This document shows, one piece after another, positions 52,596 through 64,000 of a DNA stretch of 64,000 nt (positions are counted from its first letter, which is position 1; the number at the start of each line of letters is the position of its first letter). Below the pieces are notes generated by a model. The model did no database searches. It saw nothing but the letters and a program-made list of their open reading frames with translations, and had not been told where the DNA came from. This stretch comes from Ostrea edulis (Eukaryota): positions 85,126,001 through 85,190,000 of the forward strand of contig NC_079170.1 in NCBI RefSeq assembly GCF_947568905.1, given 5' to 3'. Position numbers and translations under genes: made by a program.

Positions 52596-52630
<35 letters not shown>
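50813..52630 (+). mobile_element. Non-autonomous Helentron (HINE) carrying a ~166-bp satellite array
   Basis: 5' subTIR GCTCACCTGAG, hairpin AAAAGCTC-AAGT-GAGCTTTT, (GTCC/GTCT)n microsatellite, ~10 satellite units, 3' subTIR CTCAGGTGAGC (52596-52606) and palindrome GGCCCATGGGCC (52612-52623). Inserted in a T-run; the empty site is at ~39834-39839. Confidence 0.92.
50923..52575 (+). repeat. ~166-bp tandem satellite (HindIII/Cg170-like), ~10 units
   Basis: CTCAAGAACCACT anchors at 50923, 51061, 51228, 51430, 51596, 51761, 51927, 52093, 52261 and ~52425. AAGCTT is present in most units. The family name is from recall, not from a search. Confidence 0.85.
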
Positions 52631-52631
<1 letters not shown>

Positions 52632-55076
52632 AATCGAGGCAGACAACTGACAAAGAAATTGATGATGCAAAGGTTTCAATAGTCTCGTTTTAAAGTCAGC
52701 ATTTCTCAAATTCTATGGCTGTTACATGTATGATAATATAGTTTGCCAATACAACCTAGCATTGATCAAATCTTGTCTGGCATGTTTCATAACAATTATT
52801 AGACCGTCCTTGACACACTGATCTTGACTACGGATAACTCCGTTTACATGATCAAGATGTGAGGCTCACGGTGGGTATGACCGGTTGACAGGGGATACTT
52901 ATTCTTCCTAGGCACCTGATCCAGCCTGTAGTATATCCAGAGATCCATGTTTGTCAAACTCTTTATTTTGTATTGATTATAGGAGTTATGAGATTGATTA
53001 CTTTTCGTTATCATCACTTTTCATATATAAGCACGTTTAAGCGTGCATAGTGTATGAAAAGGATGCTATATAAATATGGTATTATTATAAGTATATATGC
53101 TGACAGTTTTCTATTGTCAGGAATCCACAGACACTGCACATCTTTTTGTATATTATGAGTGATCAATGGATGTTTTCGTTTCACTCATATTGAGAGGTAA
53201 CCAGCTGAAGGTGGAGTACCACAAAATTAGGACCTATGCTTAGTGCTCAGGGTTTATGTTTGAAACGGCCATGACACAATCGGGGCTTGAACTCACGACA
53301 TCCCGGTAACAAAGCGAACAATCTACCATTTGTCTACTGAATAAATAGATAAAAAGTGATAGGTGGAATAAATTCAACCCGTTTATCACATTTCTTATGT
53401 CAATATCTTTTATCTATTTCCAGACGTACAACTCGAAGGCTAATATTGACAATGATTTTAATCCCCAATTAAATACGTATTACATAAATTTAGAAATACA
53501 TTCACATTAATCCCGCACAATTAAAAACACTAATTTTTCAGGAACGCTGGTACAGTTTAAAAACCAGTTTCAAAATATTCCGCACTCGTACGCTGTCTGT
53601 AATAACATAAACCAACAAAAATACTTCAAATAAAGAAATAAAAATAAGAAGAACAGTATGTCATGAAAACAACCAAAATTAAATTAAATTAAAAGTCAAG
53701 GGGAATGCAAAATCAGTTTTCATCAGTTATGCATAATCCAGTTGTATGAAAGGCGAAGATAATTAACAGTGATCAATCTCATAACTCCTATAAGCAATAC
53801 AAAATAGAGAGTTGGGCAATCACGGACCCCATGACACACTAGGGGTGGGATCAGGTGCCTAGAAGAAGCATCCCCTGTCGAGCGGTCACACCCGCCGTGA
53901 GCCCTATATCCTGATCAGGTATTTCAATCTCATAACTCCTATAACCACTACAGAATAGATAGTTGAGCAAACATTGATACAATGACATATGTTCAGGGGA
54001 TGCTTACTCCTCCTAGGCACCTGATCCCACCTCTGGTGTGTCCAGGATTCCGTGTTTGCCCAACTATCTATTTTGTATTGCTTGTAAGAGTTATGAGATT
54101 GATCACTGTTCGTTATCTTCACCTTGCATCACAGTGAACTAAACAAAAAGACACCACACAGTCTTCAAAATCTGCTTCTTATTTGGATACTTTAACAGAT
54201 CTTCAGTAAATTCACACTAATAATCGATTCGAAAATCCAATGAAATGTACCAAACATGGCATAAAAAAGTTTTGATAAGGCATTATTAACACCATCTGCT
54301 CAATAATATCACTAAAGTGTGCAGATGTATCTGTGTTCCTAGAGTTATGACTTCATATGTACAACATAAGTAATTGTGATTTCATTTTATGGACGACACA
54401 ACCGATTTAGACTAAGAAGATATACAACGATTTTCTTATCTTCATCCTCCTCCCTATCGTCATCATCATCTATTATCTTCTCTCTCCTTTTATTATCTTC
54501 TGAATTAAAATTGAAAAAAAAAATCTTCAAACATCTTTTTCTTCGAATCCAGTTAATTCATTTATTTTCATTAACGATGTCACAATTGGGCGTTATCTAA
54601 TAGTAAATCTGCCATTTTACATTATCATTTTCTGAATCGCAAGAATTGTACATTTTCTGCTTACTCCGATTCACCTTAGTAATTAATTCAAAATACATCA
54701 AACTGCAATGTTTAATAGTCATGGATTCGTGATCAAACGTGTATAGACATATTTGCAGATGTGAAGAACTAGAAATTGATTATACGCATGTATGGTAAAT
54801 AACAAAAAGTAATATGATTGGTGGAAATTTCGTTTTAGTGTTATCCTTTTTCCAAGAAATGTTCTCAATCGGAAATAACACCACAGCCTTTTTAATAAAA
54901 GAGCGTTCTCAAATGCATTCGACATAGATAGTCTTTTGTTAAACATCTGACCTTCTGTTAATGTACAGATCAACTGGAAATTAACAACACTCTCTTAACA
55001 GTGAAATCTGGTTTGGGGAGTATATATAACGGGGTTAAATGGGAAATGTATATCGCTTTCATTCTTAGCTTCGACC

Positions 55077-55901
55077 ATGAGAACCGTGGCGATTGTCTCG
55101 GCAGCGTTTGCTGCGATTTTTGCCTATTCCGAAGCATGTACCTGTTGGTCTCAACATCCCCAAACTCATTTCTGTAACTCCGATTTTGGTATGTTGTATT
55201 TTTTGTTTCATTTTTAATACTAACAATCACCAATCCATCACTCTCTGTTTTCTTTTCTCCCGTTGAATTTTACACTTGCGATACACTGTTTCTGGATATG
55301 AAACATGTCCTTGTAGGTATTTTTAACACTAACACATCCAGTATCTTGCAGTTGTTCACTTTTGACTTTCCATAATTTCTACATTATTCCGGAATGATTC
55401 AATAATTGTCATATTTTACGCAATATCATTTATATCTAATTTTGGTTTATCTTCTTCAGTATCGAACTTTTATTTCATCTGTTCTCAACAGTTATCCGGG
55501 CAGCGATCCTTAATCGAAAAACAGTCAACATGGAAATTGTATATACAGTGAGGATACTGAAAGAGTTCAAGGTAATAATCTTATCATGATATTTGATAAT
55601 CAGATAACAAATAGAAATCCTACAAAAGCATANNNNNNNNNNNNNNNNNNNNNNNNNNNNNNNNNNNNNNNNNNNNNNNNNNNNNNNNNNNNNNNNNNNN
55701 NNNNNNNNNNNNNNNNNNNNNNNNNNNNNNNNNNNNNNNNNNNNNNNNNNNNNNNNNNNNNNNNNNNNNNNNNNGTAGCATTTTCCTTGCATTTTTTTGT
55801 AAAAAAAGAAATCATATCATGTTAATGACGGAGCAGAAAAGAAAGAGGTCCTTTTGGAATAATATTTTGCTGCTATGTCATTTTGTTGTTTTTCTACGTT
55901 T

Positions 55902-55937
<36 letters not shown>

Positions 55938-56306
55938 CTAAAAAAAAAAAAAAACTTGAAATTCCAGAAAGTTTAGAGTGAACATTCAATTTTGTCTCTT
56001 TTAAGAGTGTTTGGATTTTAGTTCTAGTATATTGAAAATTAAAATGAATGAAAATCCAACATAATGAACATGGGATATATGATCAAGTACAGCAATTGTA
56101 TGCAGTTTGTCTGAACACTATAGAATGGCGCTGGGAGGGGATATTCTCAAAAACAAGACATCTACACCAATCCTTCATCTGCTAGCTGTGGCTCATATTT
56201 CGAATTAAGGAAAGAATACATCATATCAGGTAAATTGAAATAAATTCCCTGCATACATTTTGTAATTATTTTATTTATCACAACGTAGCATTTTCCTTGC
56301 ACTTCC

Positions 56307-56343
<37 letters not shown>

Positions 56344-56982
56344 AAATCATATCATGTTAATGACGGAGCAGAAAACAAAGACGTCCTTTTGGAATAATAT
56401 TTTATTGCTATGTCATTTTGTTGTTTTTCTAGGTTCCATTAATCGCGGGAAATGGGTAACATATCTATGCGAATTTAATGCTGTGCCATCTTCTCTCACC
56501 CAATACCAAAGAGCTGCTCTGGATCTTGGTATCTATGAGAACAGCTGCAGCTGCAAGGCAAGTTATTTTTAACCGATCCGATTATTTAATTTCTATACAT
56601 ACGAAAAATGTCAGTCTTTAAGTCAAGGAATGTCATAGAATTATCGCCATCAAAAAATGGTTGGTATCTTACACATATCACCAACCAAGGTACAATTCTC
56701 ATGATAATTTGATTCATTTGATTACATTCATCAAATTATTATAAATATGTTAGCTTACTTTTAAGATTTTGCTTCATGTCTTCCTTTTTGTAATAGATCG
56801 AACGATGTGGTTTTCAAGGAAAAAAATGTCCAGAACAAACGAGAGATAGTTGCGATATTATATCGGATTCTGATGCCACGTGTCGGTATCAGAATAATTC
56901 CTGCAGACTGACTCCGTATGGATGTTACTGGGATTCCTATGCCTGTTCAAACAATGGAAACAACGGATATCAAAACCTATAG
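55077..56982 (+). CDS. timp: TIMP paralog C2 (202 aa)
   Basis: Exons 55077-55188, 55492-55571, 56124-56229, 56433-56557, 56797-56982 are in frame. MRTVAIVSAAFAAIFAYSEA-CTCWSQHPQTHFCNSDFVIRA. GC donor at 56558. TATA at ~55021-55029. Assembly gap in intron 2. Confidence 0.88.
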
Positions 56983-59643
56983 TGCAGTAAAGAAAAAACA
57001 AATCTGCTTGAATCGTGGAAAGCTGTCATACCTAATAAAGCTCTGCAACTTTCACTTTTGATACATTTTAGTTATCTCTTTATTTTTTTTTCAAAATGTT
57101 TTGAATATTTGTTTTCTATTTTTTTTTAATATAACCCTGAATTTGTGGAAATCATGGTAACATATGCACGATCTTTGCAATTCTAAAGCATTTCATTGAG
57201 ACTAGTTAACAATGCTTCTCTGAAGTTAATCCGGTCTAATCTTTTCAAACATGTATCATGAAACATTATTCGGCTGTTAAATCGTCAGAAATAGCGAGAG
57301 TTAAACAAAATAGTCAAAAACATCAAATTCATTTTATTCATTACTTAAGAATATACAATTATTACAGATAAATTATGAATATTTGTCGTTTACTTCATAG
57401 AATCGGATATTTTGCCAACTTTCGCAAAGGGATTCATGTTTTAATTGATAAATGTGCCCTGTTTTGTTGATTTCAAATCCCTTTTGATGAAGAATCACAG
57501 ACATAAATGATTTAAATGTGCCCTTAACAGTGGTGGTATGAACAGCATCAGCAGCCAATGATATAAGATAATGCATTTTCCATCCATCCCATTTTCTATA
57601 CAATGCTGTCAATTTATTAGCTCCAGCACACGTGCTATTATATCAAAGATTCTTAAAAATAAGCAAGACCTCACCTGCTATCTTTCAGCAGTACTTGATT
57701 TTATCTCAGTCATCCCATTTAGAATACATTCATCCATCCTCCCATTATAACGATATCCTCTGATGCTGTCTGATTTGGTGCAATGTCAGGGACACCTTTA
57801 TATCGCAACATTTTTGCGTTTTTAACAAATCAATTTTAACTTTTTTGTTTCTGTTTAAAAATCGTATTCTTTGTTTTTGTTTTCAAACGTTCATTTAACA
57901 TTTTTATTTCTACTTTTTACTTCAAGCTTCTATATTTTTGTTTCAACAATTCTTTTTTTAACATTTTGGCTAATGTTAATGCTTCTGATTTCATTTTTTT
58001 TTTCATTTTAACCTTTTTATTTCTGTTTATAATTTTTATTCTTACTTTCGAATCCCATTAAAATTTCTTAAGAATGTTTCTAAACATAGAAGTTACTGTA
58101 AAGAGTTACTTTGAAGTGATAATCAAGTTGTCACACAGTATGCGCTGAAAACTGGCACATACGAGTACATACAATTTGGTGCGCAAACATGAGTAAAGAT
58201 AAGACTGCTAAATCGCTACGGTAGGCAGCAAACGCCTTATCTAATGACACCGCTTGTGTGACGTGCAGCCACGAGTCGGATCACACATTCAATATTAGTT
58301 CATGCAACATGCCAACAACGAGTACACCGCCTTTAATGGAAATATTAAAGACTGCCTTGCACATGGTATAGCCTATCAATTTTCTTTGTGTGATCCCCTT
58401 TTTTACATTCCCTCTGGTTGATATCCCTTTTCAGCAATTGTTTCCATGTAAAACCTGTACCAGAAATCTTGGTGAAAGCACCAAATATAAGGACCGGTAA
58501 GGTTTGGGGCGTATAAGAACTAAATATTTTATTTGTGCAAATCAGCTAAAGAGACTTGTTCTAGGAAAATGATAGGCGTTCCAATGAATTATTTTCTTTT
58601 AAAACGCGCTAAGGTTGATAATATTTACAAGAGTTTTGGTTATATCTGGAGATGAACAAACTAAGAGGAAAAACATCGTTAATATTTATTGCTAGTGTCA
58701 TCGGGAAATCATGCAGCAACTGACAACTTTGATTGACTCATATCATTCTGAAGAATATAAATGCATTTGTCGAGAATATAGAATTCAGCATAATTAATTT
58801 GTGATTTTGGTTAACTGTACCTCACACACACTATATTCCATACCCTAAGCTCATATAAGGGGAAATGATCAGACTAACCCAGCTTCAATTGGGATAACGC
58901 TTCGTCGCCGTTTTATTCTGCACAGCAATGTCGTGTGCTTGTGCAAATACTTGTTTTCGTATGATGGGGCATACACTTTATAAAACGAAAACATTGAAGT
59001 TAATTTCATCTTGACGACTATACACGACACTACACCTCTGAAATATTTGAACTACAGGTGAAAGTACTTTGCTTAAAGGAAATAGTTAATTTCAAGGTCA
59101 AAAGTAATGTAGATGCAAACGACCCTTAAATCAATCTATGCTCTAAGTTGCCGTGTTTAACAGAATATACATATCATATGACCAGTCTACGAATTTTGTA
59201 GATGTCGATTTGCTTAGCTTGATAAGAGTACTCCACACTGAGAAGACACATAAGGACATCATGTGTTTACTTCTCACTGGTGTACATACATGCAACAATG
59301 AATACAATCGCCTTTTAAACACACTGAAAATGACTAGAATTTTTAACATTTAACAAACGTAGTGAGGTTTTGATAATTAAATTTAGGTTACAACCGAATT
59401 AATCCCTGTACAATGTGTTATTTCTACGATATATTTTCGCAACAGATTCAGTTTGGTATCAAAAACGTTTTTGGTTGGGTTTTTTTTCACTCTAAAGTGG
59501 AAATTCATATTGGTAGAATATTTTATATTGTCATGAAGTATGGTAGTGAATTTACCAATACTCGGGAGAATTTCTTAATCATTAGGACTACTCAAATAAA
59601 CACAACCAATTTAAAAAAAACAGCAATTATTTGCTACAAAAAA

Positions 59644-59920
59644 TATACAACCTCGCATTGGGTCAAATGCTGTCTGACGTATTTCATACCGATTGTTAAA
59701 CCGTTCTTGGCACACTGATTTGACTGTGGATAACTCCGTTTACCTGATCAGGATATGGGGCTCACGGCGGGTGTGACCGGTCAACAGGGGATGCTTACTC
59801 CTCCAAGGCACCTGATCCCACCTCTGGTGTGTCCAGAGGTCCGTGTTTGCCCAACTATCTATTTTGTATTGCTTGTAGGAGTTATGAGATTGATCGCTGT
59901 TCGTTGTCTTCACCTTGCAT
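59644..59920 (+). mobile_element. PLE family copy
   Basis: Family 3' end ending CCTTGCAT. Confidence 0.85.
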
Positions 59921-60599
59921 ACAATAAACATAAAGACGAAAAAATGAAATACTGGTGAAAATAATAATCCTACAGTCGATTATTGTTTCAATCTTTCAGA
60001 AAAGCCTTTACGCTATTACTATCTAATTTTGGAACCGGTTTTGAATAACTGTCTAAGTTATACTTAGTATACTTTTCTTAAATAGAATCACTTAAAGACC
60101 CAATTTTAAGTTAACTCCCCCAAATTATAAGCTGCCTGTCAATCAAACATTTAACAATAGATCTCATTTGGGATGACATCTGCAGACATTGTGGTCTTGA
60201 GCTACCCCAGAGAGGTGTTTTGATAACAATAACAGCCAGTACCTACAGGCATTCTTTAGATCTTGAGGAAGCCCAGTATACCTGAGTTTTGATAGCATTG
60301 ACCTGTCCACAACTGCTATTTTCTGGTAATTCATTTTTTTTAAAAAGACCCCTGAACAATGCAATTTCAATATAATTGTAATTTTCCCCCTCTACATACA
60401 TGTATTATAAATTACACAATTTGAAATCAAACGATAATTTGCACAATAATTTCTAAAACTTGTAACTTGTTGAAATAATTTATGTCATCAATTTATGACA
60501 CCTCTATATTTATAACAGAAATTATTCATTGAGTCAATGAGGGTAAGAGAGAGAGAGAGAGAGGTGGGTGTAGAATGTGTGTCAACTACCCTTGGGAAT

Positions 60600-60755
60600 A
60601 CAACCATTATTCAAACACTATGACCACAGAAACTCTGCAGAGGTTCCTGAGACAGAACGGACAGTTCCTGAAATGTGTGGATAAGTGTGGACTAGATAAT
60701 TAGGATGGTCTGAGTGTGGACAGTGAGGGGAGGTTGTGGGTAGGGTTAGTTCTTT
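60600..60755 (+). pseudogene. Isolated NHL-domain C-terminal fragment
   Basis: Translates QNGQFLKCVDKCGLDN*DGLSVDSEGRLWVGL. Confidence 0.6.
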
Positions 60756-61380
60756 CAGGCGAAGGGAAAATGATTCAGTACATGGAATAAACACATGGTA
60801 TTACATAAAGATATCAGATAAGGATAGTGTAATTTACACAGTGCTTTTGATACACACAAAGGCATGTTTTGGTGATATCTGTTTGACAATGTTTTTTGTT
60901 CAAGATGCAAATTAATTGTTCCAATTCTCAATAACATATTATTGTATGATAGGGCATTAATGTTTCACAACCCTTACCTTTGCAGCTATGTTTTCATCAC
61001 ATTAAACATTAAATCTAAATTATTGCTCCAGTATTGCTATGCAAAGGAGGAAGTTATCAAAAGAAACTTTATATTCCAAACTTGTTGTTCTGGAGAGGAT
61101 TTTCAAACGATTTTCCCAGATGATGTTTCCGTGATATGGTGAGCCCTATTCTTATGACATGGGTCTATGCTACATCAGAATGAATATAAATTAATTCGAT
61201 TAAAATTGTTCTTGTAATGGTGTTCCATTTTGATACATTTCACAATTTTTAGATTTTCCCTATACATATTTTAATATATATCATTTTCAACCCTAGATTG
61301 TGCTCCAACCTTTAACCCTGGATCATGTTATTAACAATTATGAATGTATTCTACATGAGGATGATGCTGCTGGCAAATAA

Positions 61381-61960
61381 ATGAAAAAAGAAGATAACGA
61401 ACAGTGATCAATTTCATAAATCCCATAAGCAAGCATTGGGTAAAATGCTGTCTGACGTGCATCATACCGATTGTTGGGGCGTTCTTTGCACACTGATTTT
61501 GACTACGGATAACTTCGTTTATCTACTCAAAATATAGGGCTCACTGGGTGTGACCGGTCGGCAGGGGATGTTTACTCTTTCTAGGCATACCTCCTTTGGT
61601 ATATCCAGGGTTCCGTGTTTGCCCAACTATCTATTTTGTATTGCTTATAGAAGTTGAGATCGATCACTGTTCGTTATATTAATCGTTTATGAAGTTTAGG
61701 AATCCAGTATAGGTACAGTAACTCATAGTCATCCGACCCATTGACTGGGATGATAAATTTCTCTAAAACAGAAACATGGTTTTGAAGAATTTCGTCTTTT
61801 GAATGGGTAGTTGGAGTATAAGTGCGATTACCAAGAGTGGAATTATTGTCAAGTTCGTTTAAAACACAGTTGTAGTAATTAGCCTTACAAACAAAGACAA
61901 TGTTCTTACAAGCTTTGTCAGCTGGAACCAAAACATATTCCTCATGTATTCTATCCGTGG
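61381..61960. mobile_element. Rearranged PLE: inverted 3' tip (61381-61433,-), 3' region (61434-61678,+), RT N-terminal fragment (~61680-61960,-)
   Basis: The last part encodes HEEYVLVPADKACKNIVFVCK...LYWIPKLHK, which are PLE RT N-terminal motifs. Confidence 0.75.
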
Positions 61961-62109
61961 GACTGCTTTCTGGGACTGCTTTATTCAGTCAAGCCTGAAT
62001 TAATCACTAATGTTATGATTGACAAGAAAGCCCCGCCCATCGTGTATTCAGAATATACACAAATCACTTCAGTAGTGTGTTCACCGCTTACTGACGCGCT
62101 TTCACTAGA

Positions 62110-62400
62110 GAACTTGAGAAAATAATGGATGGAAATAGAATAACAAGAATATATCCCTACATTCGGCGGGGGATAATTTTGATGAAAGATAATGGACTGA
62201 ATAATTCCCAAATACGCGAATCCATAAAAAGAGAAAATAATGTTCTTGTATCCAGACAAGGAATATCAGAATTTTTAAGAGGTACAGAGCTACCGGCAGC
62301 ATATATGATCGGGTGCAACAAAATGGACGGGACCCATGCACCAAATTGACGGAAGAGCACCTGGAATATTTAGACAATGCTGTTTCAGCAGATTGAAATC
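62110..62400 (+). mobile_element. Possible Tc1/IS630-like transposase N-terminal HTH remnant
   Basis: GIILMKDNGLNNSQIRESIKRENNVLVSRQGISEFLR, followed in another frame by KLTEEHLEYLD. Confidence 0.4.
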
Positions 62401-62563
62401 ATCAGATGCTCACGAAAGATGGCAGATATTTGAACACTTTTGAATTGATTATCAAATTAAAGACCCATCTCATGACCATACGGTTGGTGAAAATATAGGC
62501 GGAGCCTAATCTAAACAGATGTTATTTACCTGGAGTGGCCAGGGTCTACCAAGGTGTTAATTG

Positions 62564-64000
62564 CTATATCCCATGGCACTCAAAGAAATACACAGAGACA
62601 GAGATGATCCAGACAGAACATCTGTCCATGTTTTTTTTTATATTTTGATATACACAGGACCTGTCTGTCACTATATGTCTAGGATTAAATGACTTCTTCC
62701 TCCTGGCTGGTGCACCGTTGTATCGGAATCGAATTATCCCTGACTTGTTCACTACGACTACGGTGTCAGCATTATCATCAGAGGCACATATGTCCCTTTT
62801 GTTGTTTTCCTCCACAAACAGTGGGACATTCCCTCCTTTATAGATTGGTTCTCCATCTTCATCTCTATATATTTCCTGTTTAACTATGTGTCCTTGATAA
62901 CAGAAAATTTTATGTTGGCTAAAATCAGTAGTACACATACTGACCAGGATGTTCCCTGACTTAGTACACAATAGTTTGCCTAGATGCCAGCCCTGTGGTG
63001 TGGTTATCAGTGTCTCTGTTCTGCCGTGTCTGACAATGTCCACAGTTCTATTATTTCCATCACTGTATACCAGTTCTCCCTGTCTGGGCACTGTAATGTC
63101 ATTGGGACATGTTTCATATATAGTGATGACAGTGCCCCATACAGACCCGTGTATATCAACACGTCTTATGGTTTTATATGTACCACTAATCCAGGCTTCA
63201 TCCAGTCCCACACAGGCGACATGGAAGATAGGATTAACTCCCATAGGAATGGTTATAATTGATTTGGCTTGGTTTAATATATTTTGGAGAGGAAACTTCA
63301 TCTGTTTGACTCGATGAGATTATCTGTGTCAGACTAGCCCTGTATTCGTTTAATTTCAAGCTGAGTCCTCTCCCTTGGACTATCTTAGTTTTCAGTGATG
63401 GTGTTTCGACATCAAATATCCGTAGGTATGTTCTTGTATTGTCCAAGTTTGGATTTGTAATTCGTGACTTCAGACACTTTTTTTTATTCAGCAGTTCTTT
63501 GTTTTGTTGAACTGTTTTAATCATATGTTGTATTCGATTTTATATTTCACATTGGTGAAATTTTAGAGCAGCTAGTTGAACCTCTTTCATTAATTTGATC
63601 AAAGAACCCAGCTTATTAAAGATTTTACTGCATTTACTTCTTGATGCCAGAGTTTTCTATCCTTTTCTTTTTCTTTATCGATTTCATGAAATTTGGTTAA
63701 TGTAAGATATAATTTGCTTTCTGTTTCCTCATTTTTCTTCTTGTACGGGGGAATGATAATGAATTCAATTTTCTTTGTTTCATTTTNNNNNNNNNNNNNN
63801 NNNNNNNNNNNNNNNNNNNNNNNNNNNNNNNNNNNNNNNNNNNNNNNNNNNNNNNNNNNNNNNNNNNNNNNNNNNNNNNNNNNNNNNNNNNNNNNNNNNN
63901 NNNNNNNNNNNNNNNNNNNNNNNNTCAGACAGACTGCAACTTTACATTGTTGGCAGTGAACTTCACATCTCTGATTAGGGTGAAATTCACACTCAGGAAA
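62564..64000 (-). pseudogene. B-box + coiled-coil + NHL/beta-propeller (TRIM2/3-like) gene, frameshifted, partial at the window edge
   Basis: 63925-64000(-) encodes CEFHPNQRCEVHCQQCKVAVCL (B-box). 63234-63786 gives coiled-coil frames. 62564-63301 gives NHL-like repeats (DITVPRQGELVYSD, ICASDDNADTVVVVNKSGIIRFRY, PRHIVTD). The frames shift near 63300 and 63620. Confidence 0.75.

Noticed and set aside
58687-58730. CTGAAGA..TTTGTCGAGA hammerhead-like string
   Set aside because: GAGA instead of GAAA, and no stem I or stem III pairing.

Overview
This is AT-rich, intron-containing animal genomic DNA, most likely from an oyster (Ostreidae). That assignment is inferred from a ~166-bp HindIII/Cg170-like satellite carried in a Helentron and from B-box/NHL gene remnants. 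The window is dominated by a tandem array of seven TIMP (tissue inhibitor of metalloproteinases) genes, each with five coding exons on the + strand, in the order A1, A2, A3, B1, C1 (pseudogene), B2, C2. The B+C pair is a 9-14 kb tandem segmental duplication. The exons were assembled by hand and are mostly missing from the ORF track. The B-type TIMPs are atypical: a Gly precedes the reactive Cys1, there is an odd 15th Cys, and they carry a 72-aa His/Pro-rich tail. Intron 4, which separates the inhibitory N-domain from the C-domain, has unusual splice signals: a GC donor in five paralogs, a triplicated acceptor in A3, and a duplicated donor region in B1/B2. Three different minimal type I hammerhead ribozyme elements lie on the - strand, including a tandem 350-nt retrozyme-like unit inside A3 intron 3. 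The spacers and introns are rich in transposons: at least 20 5'-truncated copies of one Penelope-like retroelement, tRNA-SINEs, Tc1/mariner/Tigger/Tc2 elements, a Tx1/L1 LINE, a Gypsy integrase remnant and the Helentron. There are two assembly gaps (55633-55774 and 63787-63924). All calls are by eye; no searches were run.
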